Positions 12,618-22,925 of a stretch of DNA of 40,646 nucleotides are shown in pieces; within the stretch, counting starts at the first letter, position 1, and each line of letters starts with the position of its first letter. Under the pieces are notes generated by a model. It saw only the letters and a list, made by a program, of their open reading frames with translations. It searched no databases and was not told the origin of the DNA. The DNA comes from Octopus bimaculoides (Eukaryota): NCBI RefSeq assembly GCF_001194135.2, contig NC_068997.1:47688521-47729166 (forward strand). The letters run 5' to 3'. The position numbers and the translations under genes were made by a program.

Positions 12618-12800
12618 TGTGAAGGCACATGGCTCAGTGGTCAGAGCTTTGGGCTCACAATCATGAGGTAGTGAGTTCAATTTCCAGCCCAGGCTGTGTT
12701 GTGTTCTTAAGCAAGACACTTTATTTCACATTGCTCCAGTTCACTCAGCTGTAGAAATGAGTTATGATGTCACTGGTGCCAAACTGATTGGCATCTGCCT
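12618..12800 (+). mobile_element. tRNA-headed SINE, family B-related
   Basis: ggctcagtggtcagagc (A box) ... gagttcaattcc-like (B box) ... gcaagacactttatttcac. Confidence 0.8.
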
Positions 12801-12834
12801 TACCCTTGTACAAAATCTGTGGCATGGAGAGGGG

Positions 12835-12995
12835 GCGGCTATAGTAGAAGACACTTGCCCAAGGTGCCATGCAGTGGGACTGAACTCAGAAGCATGTGGT
12901 TGGGAAACAAACATCTTACCGCGTAGCCATGCAGTGGGACTGAACCCAGAACCATGTGGTTGGGAAGCAGGCTTCTTACCACAACCATGTCTGTG
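12835..12995 (-). mobile_element. SINE family A 5' part with a duplicated head segment
   Basis: gccatgcagtgggactgaac...tgtggttgggaa... occurs twice in tandem. Confidence 0.75.
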
Positions 12996-13140
12996 CCTAG
13001 AGTATAAGAGGTATAGTAGTATAATTAAATACTCTTCTTGACATACATCAGCAATTTCATCTAAAGCGACAAGAAGGAATAGTCCAAGACTCCAAAGTCT
13101 AGTACATGTCTATGATTCTATGGAGAGGACTATGTCTCTT

Positions 13141-13520
13141 TTAACCCCATTGATGCCAACATGCTTGAGATCGCCTCCAGTCCTATGATAAAAACTTCCT
13201 GTTTTGAAGTGATTAAAATTTAAGCCTCCAACCAAAATTTCATGTTCCAGTTACAAGCTTAATAATGATAAATATATTTTACCAAATTTCTTCATCATTT
13301 TCAAATTTAATTGCAATAGAGGCAGTATATTTCAAAAGAAGTATGGCAGACAAAGCATTAAAGTAGTCTAAATTAAATCTTTGCACCAAAATTCCTTGTT
13401 AATGTATGTTCTAAAAAATCAGTTTTATGATAAAGAAATTTATTTTACCAAGTTCATCATTTGAAAATTAATTGAAATAAAGGTTGTGTTTTCAAACAAA
13501 TACGGTAACAAAAATGTTAA
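13141..13520. mobile_element. TTAA-flanked piggyBac-like MITE (family 2) with an internal duplication
   Basis: Ends ttaaccccattgatgcc ... ggtaacaaaaatgttaa. The blocks accaaaatt...tattttaccaa...ttcatcattt...aattg occur twice. A fragment of the same family lies at about 25085-25165. Confidence 0.65.
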
Positions 13521-14105
13521 AGTTCAAGTGTAAAGCAGCAATGGGATATTTAGAGTGAGACTTGATGTGACTGTTGGAAATTTGGCTGCTATGTCTACCA
13601 AACTGAGAGAGACCATGTAGAGGTTCTTTTCATGGTTCAATCAAATGAGACTCCTTCCCTATTTGATAGGCATACATTGAGTACCTCTCTGCATACACTG
13701 CTCTTGAATATATAGAGATATAAAGAAATGAGTTATTTGGACATGGCTGCTTGGACACTGGCAATTTGGCCTGACTGACTGAATACTGAATCTGTTTGTT
13801 TTAGACAGTGCTTTTTTGGTACTGAAGACAAACACAGATACATACATGTGTGTGTGTGTGTGCAGAAATACAGAGAAAGAGAGAGAGAAAGAGAGGGAAA
13901 GACAGTCATTACAATTTATTAATTTGACATGATTGACATAACCACCTAGATTCTCCTCATGCACATAGAGAATTTACTCTGTGAGAGAGAGAGAGAGAGA
14001 GAGAGATGGTAGGAAAGAGGGTGGGAATGACAGTAACATTAAAATGAGAGAAATATTAAGACATTTCAAATAGTTCAGTGTCAAATCAGTGATGCCACAT
14101 GGGTG

Positions 14106-14175
14106 GCACCAAAATGGCTGTACCAAGACAGCTGCATCAAGATGGTTGCACCAAGATGGCTGCACTAAGATGGAT
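14106..14175 (+). repeat. 14-bp tandem repeat, 5 units (GCACCAAGATGGCT)
   Basis: Units gcaccaaaatggct, gtaccaagacagct, gcatcaagatggtt, gcaccaagatggct, gcactaagatggat. Confidence 0.9.
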
Positions 14176-14857
14176 GTATTAAAATACGATATTACACGGG
14201 AATTCAAATTTATATGAATGTAGTTTTAGCTGTGTGAGAGGACAATAAATATAATCAGATGCTGTATGGAACGAGGTTTTCGATTGTATGTTCAGTGATA
14301 TTTCATGTCATTCAGGTTTACTGAGGCAACCAATGGGTTAGCACTGAATTGAAAATGGGCTGACACAGTGAATAGAAGGAAGTCACCATAGACTGTGTCT
14401 AATTGCAAGAGTAGATACAGCTCATTATCGTTTGTCTGCCCACACAAGCATGATACATTCATTAAGGAAGTCAGTTACAAGTCAATAAGAAAACCTCTGT
14501 ACAGTTGCTTGGCATTAGAGAAATAGCAGCCAAGTTTTTCCCAGATCATATCTTTCTGTCTTAAAAATAGTGAAGGACACAGTGGAAAATGTAGTTACAT
14601 CTACCTCCCTTCTCACCTTGTAGCTTAGGGATTTAACTGGACTTGTAGCTTCTATTAATCAATGTAGCTCCTCTACAATAAGAACTTTTCCTCCCTTCTT
14701 TCATTCTTCAACCCCTCATCTCTTTGCTCAAAGCCCTTCCACCCTTAGTTTTAGTGTTCCTTTTTTGGGGGACTTGCAAGAATAAGGATTATCAAAGACT
14801 GTAGAATGAACTGAAAATTCATTTTAACCCTTTAGCATTTAAATTGGCCTTATCTGG

Positions 14858-15173
14858 GGTTTTGCGAGAGTATGATGCCCCCCACTACATATAAATAGTA
14901 GTGGTCTGAGTAAGTGAGGTAGTTCATGCTAGTTCCACAGTTTGTGTGGTGATAGTTTAAAGTTGGACTTCAAAGTTTACAGTTCGAGTTAGTGTGTTGG
15001 ATTGTTGGTTCTTAAAAGATTGTTGTTACATCCCGTGTGGTTACTGCCATTTGTTTCGATTATATTGNNNNNNNNNNCGTGTGGTTACTGCCATTTGTTT
15101 CGATTATATTGTTATTACACTGTTGCAGGGTTAGGGTTAGGGTTAGGGTTAGGGTTAGGGTAAGGATATAACA
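14858..15173 (+). mobile_element. Probable solo LTR containing (TTAGGG)5
   Basis: 5-bp TSD TCTGG at 14853-14857 and 15174-15178. Ends GGTTTT...ATAACA (TGTT...AACA with a changed first base). TATA-like catataaata near 14888. The uninterrupted MITE at about 1048-1060 reads tatctggcccaaa. Confidence 0.6.
15131..15160 (+). repeat. Interstitial telomeric repeat (TTAGGG)5
   Basis: Five perfect units, preceded by CAGGG and followed by TAAGG. Confidence 0.97.
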
Positions 15174-15360
15174 TCTGGCCAAAGTATTCTCTTTGTTTTA
15201 TGTTAAAACTGGCCATATCCAGTCTCACACACCTACACTACAATGTCATTCTAAAAATAAATACAACTTTGAAATCTTGAAGCTACAAAATAATGCAGGA
15301 TGAATTCAAAACTGTGTGAATAAATGTTACATTCAACAGAATAATCTGAATGCTAAAGGG

Positions 15361-15696
15361 TTAACCCTTTAGCATTTAAACCATCCATGTCAGGACCAAA
15401 TATTCTACCTAGTTTATGTATAAACTGGTGAGATTGAGCCTCTCATATCTACCCTACAATGTCATTCTAAATATATACAGTCATCTTACCATTCTAAATA
15501 TATACAGTCATCTTACCATTCTAAATATATACAGTCATCTTACCATTCTAAATATATACAGTCATCTTACCATTCTAAACATAAGCAGTCATATCATGAA
15601 AATCTCAAAGCTACAAGATAATGCACAATTAATTCAAAATGATATGAATAAATAAGCATTATACTTGATAGAGAAATCTGAATGCTAAAGGGTTAA
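15361..15696. mobile_element. Second family-1 piggyBac-like MITE, head-to-tail with the first and sharing its TTAA
   Basis: TTAA(15361)-CCCTTTAGCATTT ... AATGCTAAAGGG-TTAA(15693), with an internal 27-bp tandem repeat. Confidence 0.85.
15463..15592 (+). repeat. 27-bp tandem repeat: 4 perfect units plus a diverged fifth
   Basis: cattctaaatatatacagtcatcttac at 15463, 15490, 15517 and 15544. Confidence 0.97.
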
Positions 15697-15879
15697 ACAC
15701 AATTTTATTATTTCCAAATATAATATTATGTCTTCTGAACATTATATTCCTTCAAAATACAATATTATTTCCTCTAAACACAAGCCACATGGTTCCAAAG
15801 CAAGTTTCTTAACCATACAGCCATGTCCCCGCCTATTAAAAAGTTCTGCCCTGGGCATTATACTAATGTATCTAATCTT

Positions 15880-15948
15880 TCACTTGTTTCAGTCATTAGA
15901 TTGAGGCCATGCTGGGGCACTGCCTTGAAGAAATTTTAGTCAAATGAA

Positions 15949-15983
<35 letters not shown>

Positions 15984-16548
15984 CAACAGGCTTCTTCATG
16001 TTTCTGATGACCAAATGCACTCAAAAAACTTGGGTCAGCCTGTGGCTATACTAGTAGACACTTACCCAAGGTGTCATGCTGTGGGACTGAACCTGGAACC
16101 ATGTGATTGAGAAGCAAGCTTCTCACCGCACAGCCTCACCTGCACCTATCTTTTATCTTTTACTTGTTTTAGTCATTAGACGGTGGCCATGCTACGGCAC
16201 TGCCTTGGAGAATTCTTTTTCATCAGATGAATCGGCCCCAGTATTTTTGTTTTAAGCCTTGTACTTATTCTATCAATCTCTTTTTCTGAACCCCTAAGTT
16301 ATGGGGATGTAAACACACCAGCACCGGTTGTCAAGCAGTGATGGGGGACAAACACAGTAATAAAGACACACACAAGGATACGACAGGTTTCTGTCAGTTT
16401 CCATTCACCAAATCCACTCACAAAGCTTCGGTCAGCCTGGGGCTTTAGCAAAAGACACTTGCCCAAGGTGTCATACAGTGGAGAAACTGAACCAGGAACC
16501 GTGTGGTTGGGAAGCAAGCTTCTTACCACACAGCCACACCTGTGCCTA
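15880..16548 (-). mobile_element. Two consecutive SINE family A copies (about 15880-16150 and 16151-16548)
   Basis: Each has a tail (cttgtttcagtcattaga..ggccatgct) and a head (tgggactgaacc..aagcaagcttct). Confidence 0.8.
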
Positions 16549-16744
16549 TACTAAATATTCCTTCAGATATCACCCAATAACTGGCCATGTTCAGTCTTCC
16601 CCTCCAAGTTTGTGTTGGTCACTTAAGTTCTTTAATATAAACACAGAAGTAACCAAATTGTGTTTATAGAAACAACAGATTACATCTGTAAAGTGTTGTT
16701 CACTCTTTGCTGGACAAACACCATTTGGCAATAGTGATAGTGGC

Positions 16745-18490
16745 GGATGGATATGGGAGTTGGTGGTGGTGGTAGGGATGATGACGGGAGTGGTAATGGT
16801 AGTGGTGGTGGCAGCAGTTGTGATAGTAGTNNNNNNNNNNNNNNNNNNNNNNNNNNNNNNNNNNNNNNNNNNNNNNNNNNNNNNNNNNNNNNNNNNNNNN
16901 NNNNNNNNNNNNNNNNNNNNNNNNNNNNNNNNNNNNNNNNNNNNNNNNNNNNNNNNNNNNNNNNNNNNNNNNNNNNNNNNNNNNNNNNNNNNNNNNNNNN
17001 NNNNNNNNNNNNNNNNNNNNNNNNNNNNNNNNNNNNNNNNNNNNNNNNNNNNNNNNNNNNNNNNNNNNNNNNNNNNNNNNNNNNNNNNNNNNNNNNNNNN
17101 NNNNNNNNNNNNNNNNNNNNNNNNNNNNNNNNNNNNNNNNNNNNNNNNNNNNNNNNNNNNNNNNNNNNNNNNNNNNNNNNNNNNNNNNNNNNNNNNNGAT
17201 CTGGTGGCTGCAGTAGTAGTGACAGCAGTGTTATTGATGGTGGTGGTTGTAGTAGTGGTGGCTGTGGTAGTTTTGTTGTTGATGGTGATCGTGGAGAAGT
17301 GTTGGTAGTAAGATTTATGGTGCCGGGAAGTGGCGGTGGTGGTATTGATGTTGACAATATTTGGAGGTGATTATGGTGGCAGTAGCGGAAGTATGTTGGT
17401 AGAAAGGTTCGTTGTGATGAAAGAAGCATAGCATGATTACAGTAAGGGCATCATAATTAATTGGTGATTAAAGTGTTGGATTCCTACTTGGAAGTTCCGT
17501 CCGTCCGTCCATATTCCAGGGACAGTCCAATATCTTGTGAAGGAGACTTTTCTTTTTCTTATGGAATAAATATAAATATAAAAATACTGCTGCTGCTATG
17601 GTAACCATTGTCGCCGCTGCCGCCACTACTATAAATGCCACAGCCAGAACCTCCACATCTATAATTGTCATTAACAACACCACCACCACTACCACCACAT
17701 CACCATACTACCACTACAACCACCACACCACCAACAATAACAACACAACCACCACCACTACCACCACATCACCATACTACCACCACAACCACCAACAATA
17801 ACAACATCACCCCCATACCACCATCACCACTACCACCACCGCCAACAACACCACCACCACCACCACCATCACACCACCAACAACAACAACAAAACTGCTT
17901 GAACACCAACACAACTGCCACCACCCACAACTATTAACACAACAAACCTGAACTACCACCTCCAACACAACAGCCAACTTCCATTGTAACTTTCACCACT
18001 ACCACCACCACCACCATTACTGCCACTGCTACTAGTGTAACAGAAATGATGACGACAGTAGAGTCTTTGCCAACACTACACAGGCCCTGCCACTTCATGT
18101 ACAACCATCTGACAACCAAATTTTCATAACAATATACCCAAACTTTTCAATAACAACATTAACAACCACAGCACTCTTATACAGAGAAAAGCACGAAACA
18201 AACAAACACACACACACACAAACAAGCACAGACTAAGATGTCCTTTGCAAATGGTTGTCCATTATCTTTGAAATAGACACGATGTTCTTCATCAGTTGTT
18301 CCTTTGCCCCTTTGTAAATCCAAACCCTCGATGTACCACTGCCTCTATAATTTTCATCATCAACACATTCACCACCACCAACACTACTATCACCTGCCAC
18401 TATCCACAACTATTAGCACAACGACCACAACTGCTATCTCCAACACAACTGCCATTTCCATTGTAACTACCACCACCACCACCACCTGTC
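16745..18490. repeat. Large low-complexity block: (GGT)n tract with an N gap, then (CAC/AAC)n tracts
   Basis: Directly visible trinucleotide repeats. Confidence 0.9.
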
Positions 18491-18659
18491 CCCATACAAC
18501 TGAATATATGTATGCCCCTTTCCCCCATTTTCTTGCTTTTTCTACAAGTACTGAATGTGTTTCTCCTTTCTATCTTCCATCTTCAATCCCCTTGCAAGAA
18601 GGAATCAGCAACATATTGTAATAACCCATGTGCCATATGCTTATCATATTATATCTTAC

Positions 18660-19075
18660 ATACTTTTTTACTTGTTTCAGTCATTTGACTGCGGCCATGT
18701 TGAAGCCCTGCCGTTAGTCGAGCAAATCGACCCCAGGACTTATTCTTTGGAAGCCTAGTACTTATTCTATCGGTCTCTTTTGCCGAACTGCTAAGTTACA
18801 GGGACGTAAACACACCAGCATCGGTTGTCAAGCAATGTTGGGGGGACAAACACAGACACACAAACATATACACACACACATACATATATGTATATATATA
18901 TGCATATATACGACGGGCTTCTTTCAGTTTCCGTCTACCAAATCCACTCACAAGGCTTTGGTTGGCCCAAGGCTATAGTAGAAGACACTTGCCCAAGGTG
19001 TCACGCAGTGCGACTGAACCCAGAACCATGTGGTTGGTAAGCAAGTTACTTACCACACAGCCACTCCTGCACCTA
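18660..19075 (-). mobile_element. SINE family A, well-preserved copy
   Basis: Complete tail-body-head, closely similar to 32838-33232. Confidence 0.88.
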
Positions 19076-19269
19076 TACAAAAATTTCCCCACATTATTCC
19101 CACATTTTCATTACTGGGCAAACCAAATCATGACACAGAAATCTATTTAGAAGCCAGTACATTTGAAAAATCTTCAGGAAGGTTTGATGTCCTCAGAGAA
19201 CCCACTTATGGCTGATCTTTGCCCTACAGACATACACATATAAAGTTACACACACAATACACACACAGA

Positions 19270-19544
19270 TACTCATACAATATACAGTCATAAGCACACA
19301 CATGGTGAACACCTTAGTGACTGACCACTTCAACTGATCTCTACCCAGCACATGTACACAGAAAAATACGCAAATACAGACACATGAACAGATAGCACCT
19401 CAGGGACCCACCTATTGCTTACTCCTGCCCTACTAATACCTATTGCTGATCCCTGCCCTACAAATAGACATACACAGACACATACCTTAGTGGATCACAG
19501 ACATTCACACCTTTGTGGATCACTAAGATATATGTGTGAATGTC

Positions 19545-19587
<43 letters not shown>

Positions 19588-19747
19588 CGGAGTAAGCACA
19601 TGAAATGTGCAACATGGTGATCGTGAACGGGAACATGAAACTCAGAGTAACAGTTTTTTTGTTATATTTCTGCTNNNNNNNNNNNNNNNNNNNNNNNNNN
19701 NNNNNNNNNNNNNNNNNNNNNNNNNNNNNNNNNNNNNNNNNNNNNNN

Positions 19748-19795
<48 letters not shown>

Positions 19796-19970
19796 TATTT
19801 GTAGGGCAGGGATCAGCAATAGGTGGATCACTGAGGTGCTATCTCTGCATGTGTCTGTATTTGCATATATGTGTGTACATGTGTTGGGCAAAGATTAGCT
19901 GCAGGTGGTCAGTCACTAAGGTATTCACCATGTGTGTGTGTGTTTGTGACTGTGTATTGTATGAGTATTC
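19270..19970. repeat. Long imperfect inverted repeat (arms about 19270-19470 and 19790-19970)
   Basis: catggtgaacaccttagtgactgaccac...cctattgctgatccctgccctacaaata on the left. Its reverse complement tatttgtagggcagggatcagcaatagg...gtggtcagtcactaaggtattcaccatg is on the right. Confidence 0.88.
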
Positions 19971-20417
19971 CCTGTTGATTCCCTGGTATACAAATAGATA
20001 TGCACATACACAAATACAAACATACACACATATATAAATATACCAAACTTCAAGTTTTTCTCTAGGTACAGACTAGGAATAAAACCTTCATAGAGAGACC
20101 AGGTTGTACCCTGTCTGCTTTTTAACACTTGATTCATATATTTCATATGGGAAAAGCATTGTAGGTTGCTTGAAGCATTGTGATAAATAAGTAAAATAGT
20201 AAGAATAGCAAAGATAGAGAGCTTCTCACAAAGCAGAACAGGAATAAATTTAACCTTTATATAGTTCAGGCAGAAAAGCCCTTCATCATCATAAGTAAAC
20301 AGTCAAGAAATGTCAGTCCATTATATAGGAAAATGTTGAACTATAAAACCAGAAACAAAACAGAAATGATCTCACTAAGGAAGTCCACCTGGATTTAAAC
20401 AACAATAGCCGCAGGAA

Positions 20418-20600
20418 TTACAATTACCCCCCCTAGGACAATTACCACCCCCTAGGACAATTACCACCCCCTAGGACAATTACCTCACTTGGTTAATTAC
20501 CCAATCTCCAATATATTAAGAAGTTTTAAATCATCGTCTGTTGTCCTCAGGGGTAATTGTCCTTGGTGGGGTTATTGTCCATGGGAAGTAAATGTCCTTG
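20418..20600. repeat. About 19-bp tandem (caattaccaccccctagga x3) facing degenerate inverted units
   Basis: Left units at about 20421-20482. Right units ggggtaattgtcct, ggggttattgtcca and gaagtaaatgtcct at about 20550-20598. Confidence 0.8.
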
Positions 20601-20689
20601 ACTCATTGAGTGTTTGGACTAAATTTGACAGTTTGCATAAAAGGAAAAGAAAACAGAATATCCCCCCCCACACACACACACAAGAAGTA

Positions 20690-21199
20690 TTTTTAAAAAA
20701 TCAAAAAAATATCAACTGGATTATGGTTGGGAGGTAACAGTTTACTCTAAGTAGCTGTCGTCAGCTTCTGCCATAGCCTGAAGATGGCTCTGGTACCTGG
20801 TGCATGCATTTCGCACTGTATCCCTAGACAAATCTGCAAACACCTCCTTGATCTTGGCCACCAGCTTGGCCTTGGTGTTGCAGGCAGAATGGTTGGTAAC
20901 TTCCTGAACTATGCTCCACACATAATAATCCATGGGATTACAATCAAGGGAATTAAGAGTCAAGAAATTGGGGCCAGTGAAGTCGTGGAAATTCTCCAAT
21001 AACCATTTCTGACTTTCTCTGGAAGTATGGCTAGGAGCTGAATCCTGTTGCCATGCATATAGTCTTCTAGCAGCAATCCTCTCATGTCAAGGTTTGATAA
21101 CAATCTCCAGCAGCTTCGCATAGTTATCTAAATTGAGCCTAAGGCCCAATTCAAAGATGTGGTGAGACATGATGTCACCCCTACTGGAGACACACCTAA
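20690..21199 (-). mobile_element. Tc1/mariner DD37D (maT-type) transposase relic, 3' half
   Basis: CVSSRGDIMSHHIF...YAWQQDSAPSHTSRESQKWLLENFHDFTGPNFLTLNSLDCNPMDYYVW. I count 37 residues between the QQD and PMD aspartates. Cut at its 5' side by a SINE. Confidence 0.88.
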
Positions 21200-21569
21200 T
21201 TGTTGTTGGCACTCCGTCGCTTACGACATCGAGGGTTCCAGTCGATCTGATCAATGGAACAGCCTGCTCGTGAAATTAACATGCAAGTGGCTGAGCACCT
21301 CACAGATACGTGTACCCTTAACGTAGTTCTCGGGGATATTCAACATGACACAGTATGACAAGGCTGACCCTTTGAAGTACAGGCACAACAGAAACAGAAA
21401 GTAAGAGTGAGAGAAAGTTGTGGTGGAAGAGTACAGCAGGGTTCGCCACCATCCCCTGCCGGAGCCTTGTGGAGCTTTAGGTGTTTTCGCTCAATAAACA
21501 CTCACAATGCCCGGTCTGGGAATCGAAACCGCGATCCTATGACCGCGAGTCCACTGCCCTAACCACTGG
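21200..21569 (-). mobile_element. tRNA-headed SINE, family B, CpG-rich copy
   Basis: Minus strand ccagtggttagggcagtggactcgcggtcataggatcgcggtttcgattccc carries A-box-like and B-box-like motifs. (AAC)n tail at 21200-21207. Confidence 0.85.
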
Positions 21570-21623
21570 TATCTGAGGGGTATGGGTTTGAGTTTTGTTT
21601 CCACCTTCTGGTAACTTTATTAA

Positions 21624-21840
21624 AGGCCGCAAGCTGGCAGAATTGTTAGCATACCGGGTGGAATGCTCAGTGGCATTTTGCTTGTCTTCATGTTCTGAGT
21701 TCAAACTCCACTGAGGTCCACTTTGCCTTTCATTCTTTTGGGGTCGATAAAATAAGTACCAGTTGAGCCCTGGAGTCTGCGTAATGAACTTAACCCCTCC
21801 CTCAAAACTGCTGACTTGTGCCAAAATTTGAAGTTGATAT
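21624..21840 (+). mobile_element. tRNA-headed SINE, family C
   Basis: gctggcagaattgttagc...gagttcaaactcc...ctttgcctttcattcttttggggtcgataaaataagtaccag. The core resembles the Nin-type SINE central domain as I recall it. Confidence 0.8.
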
Positions 21841-22123
21841 TCAGATTGCTGCCAATCCTCAATGTCAACAAACTTTTTCTCAACTACAACATGAGTCTTT
21901 ATGTTCTCCAGTGCAACTGACAGTCCACCAGTAATACATCAAGCTATTATTGAAAAAAGGCAACATAAGTCATCAACTTTATCTTGAACACCTTGCACTT
22001 GTTGCTTCATCTAAGAAATAAACCATAAAAATAAACAAACAAAATAATAAAGGTTTCTTCAATGTTAGCATCATCTCTTCCCTCTACCAGAAAACCAAAA
22101 GATGATCAGTGAATTATAATTAC

Positions 22124-22247
22124 CTTTGTGGCTCCAACTTGGTATTTAGATTCATCGTCTGGGTGTTGGGTCAGCAAGATTTTACGACAGATATCTGAGG
22201 GGAGGTCTGACTTTCTGATTTTCTGTTTTCTGATCAAACACTTGTAT
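22124..22247 (-). CDS. MYO15: Internal exon of an unconventional myosin (class XV-like), end of motor domain/converter: (R)YKCLIRKQKIRKSDLPSDICRKILLTQHPDDESKYQVGATK
   Basis: Minus-strand acceptor ttttttacttag and donor AAG|gtaatt. 124 nt, phase 2 in and phase 0 out, no stops. Joins in frame to the next exon to give YQVGATK|VFLKE, the conserved converter motif. RYxCL and YQxGAT[KR]VFL[KR]E match my recollection of class XV myosins. The class assignment is less certain than the myosin assignment. Confidence 0.9.
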
Positions 22248-22609
22248 CTAAGTAAAAAAAAGAAGGAAGCCTTTTGTAGACAAGGTCAAGGTGTGATGAT
22301 ATGGTGACACAGATTATATAGCTGCACAGATGTAAGTGAACAGGTACAAGGTCCAACAGATGCAGTGTTAAGGGTTACGTGTGATGGTTTCGTTTAATGG
22401 ATGTAGTGGTAGAATTACTACACGTGAGGGTATAGTTTCATAGTTTCAGAGCATTGTAAGATCTGATGATAATACCACATGAATACATGGCGTAATAGCT
22501 GTATAATGTTGTGGGACCAGATGTTATTGTATGGACATATGATATGATATATATAATGGGGTATAGGCACATGGTATGATAGATGTAATGATGTATGGTT
22601 ACATGTAAT

Positions 22610-22925
22610 GGCATAGTCTCTTTGGATCAGATGGTGCTGGAAAGAAGGACCTCCTTCAGTCATGATGAGATTGCACCTAGAAAGTTCTCTTCCAAGGCAC
22701 AAATCCAGGAAAAGTTGTTTATGGAAGACCAGCAGTCACCCATGCATAACAGCCTCCCCTCTCCGTGCCATTGATGTTGTCCAAGGGAAAGGCAAAAGCC
22801 AATACAGCTTGGCAACAGTGACATCCCAACTCATTTCTACAGCTGAGAGAACAGGAGGAAAGTGAAATAAAGCGTCTTGCTCAAGAACACAACACAGCCC
22901 AGTCTGGGAATCAAACTCAGATGGT
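22610..22925 (-). mobile_element. SINE, family B-related
   Basis: Reverse complement of the 12618 body (gtgaaataaagcgtcttgctcaagaacacaacacagccc). Confidence 0.75.

Larger units (their letters stand above)
14824..15364. mobile_element. TTAA-flanked piggyBac-like MITE (family 1) interrupted by a probable solo LTR
   Basis: TTAA-CCCTTTAGCATTT ... AATGCTAAAGGG-TTAA. The body aligns by eye with the copies at 1021-1212 and 15361-15696. Confidence 0.85.

Noticed and set aside
15034-15111. 34-bp direct repeat on both sides of a 10-N gap
   Set aside because: Typical unmerged contig overlap, so probably an assembly artefact.
15463-15592. CRISPR-like array (also considered for 518-814)
   Set aside because: Contiguous tandem units with no unique spacers, no cas genes, and a eukaryotic context.
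21500-21569. tRNA gene (and similar heads of other SINEs)
   Set aside because: A/B-box-like motifs continue directly into SINE bodies, with no full cloverleaf or poly-T terminator.
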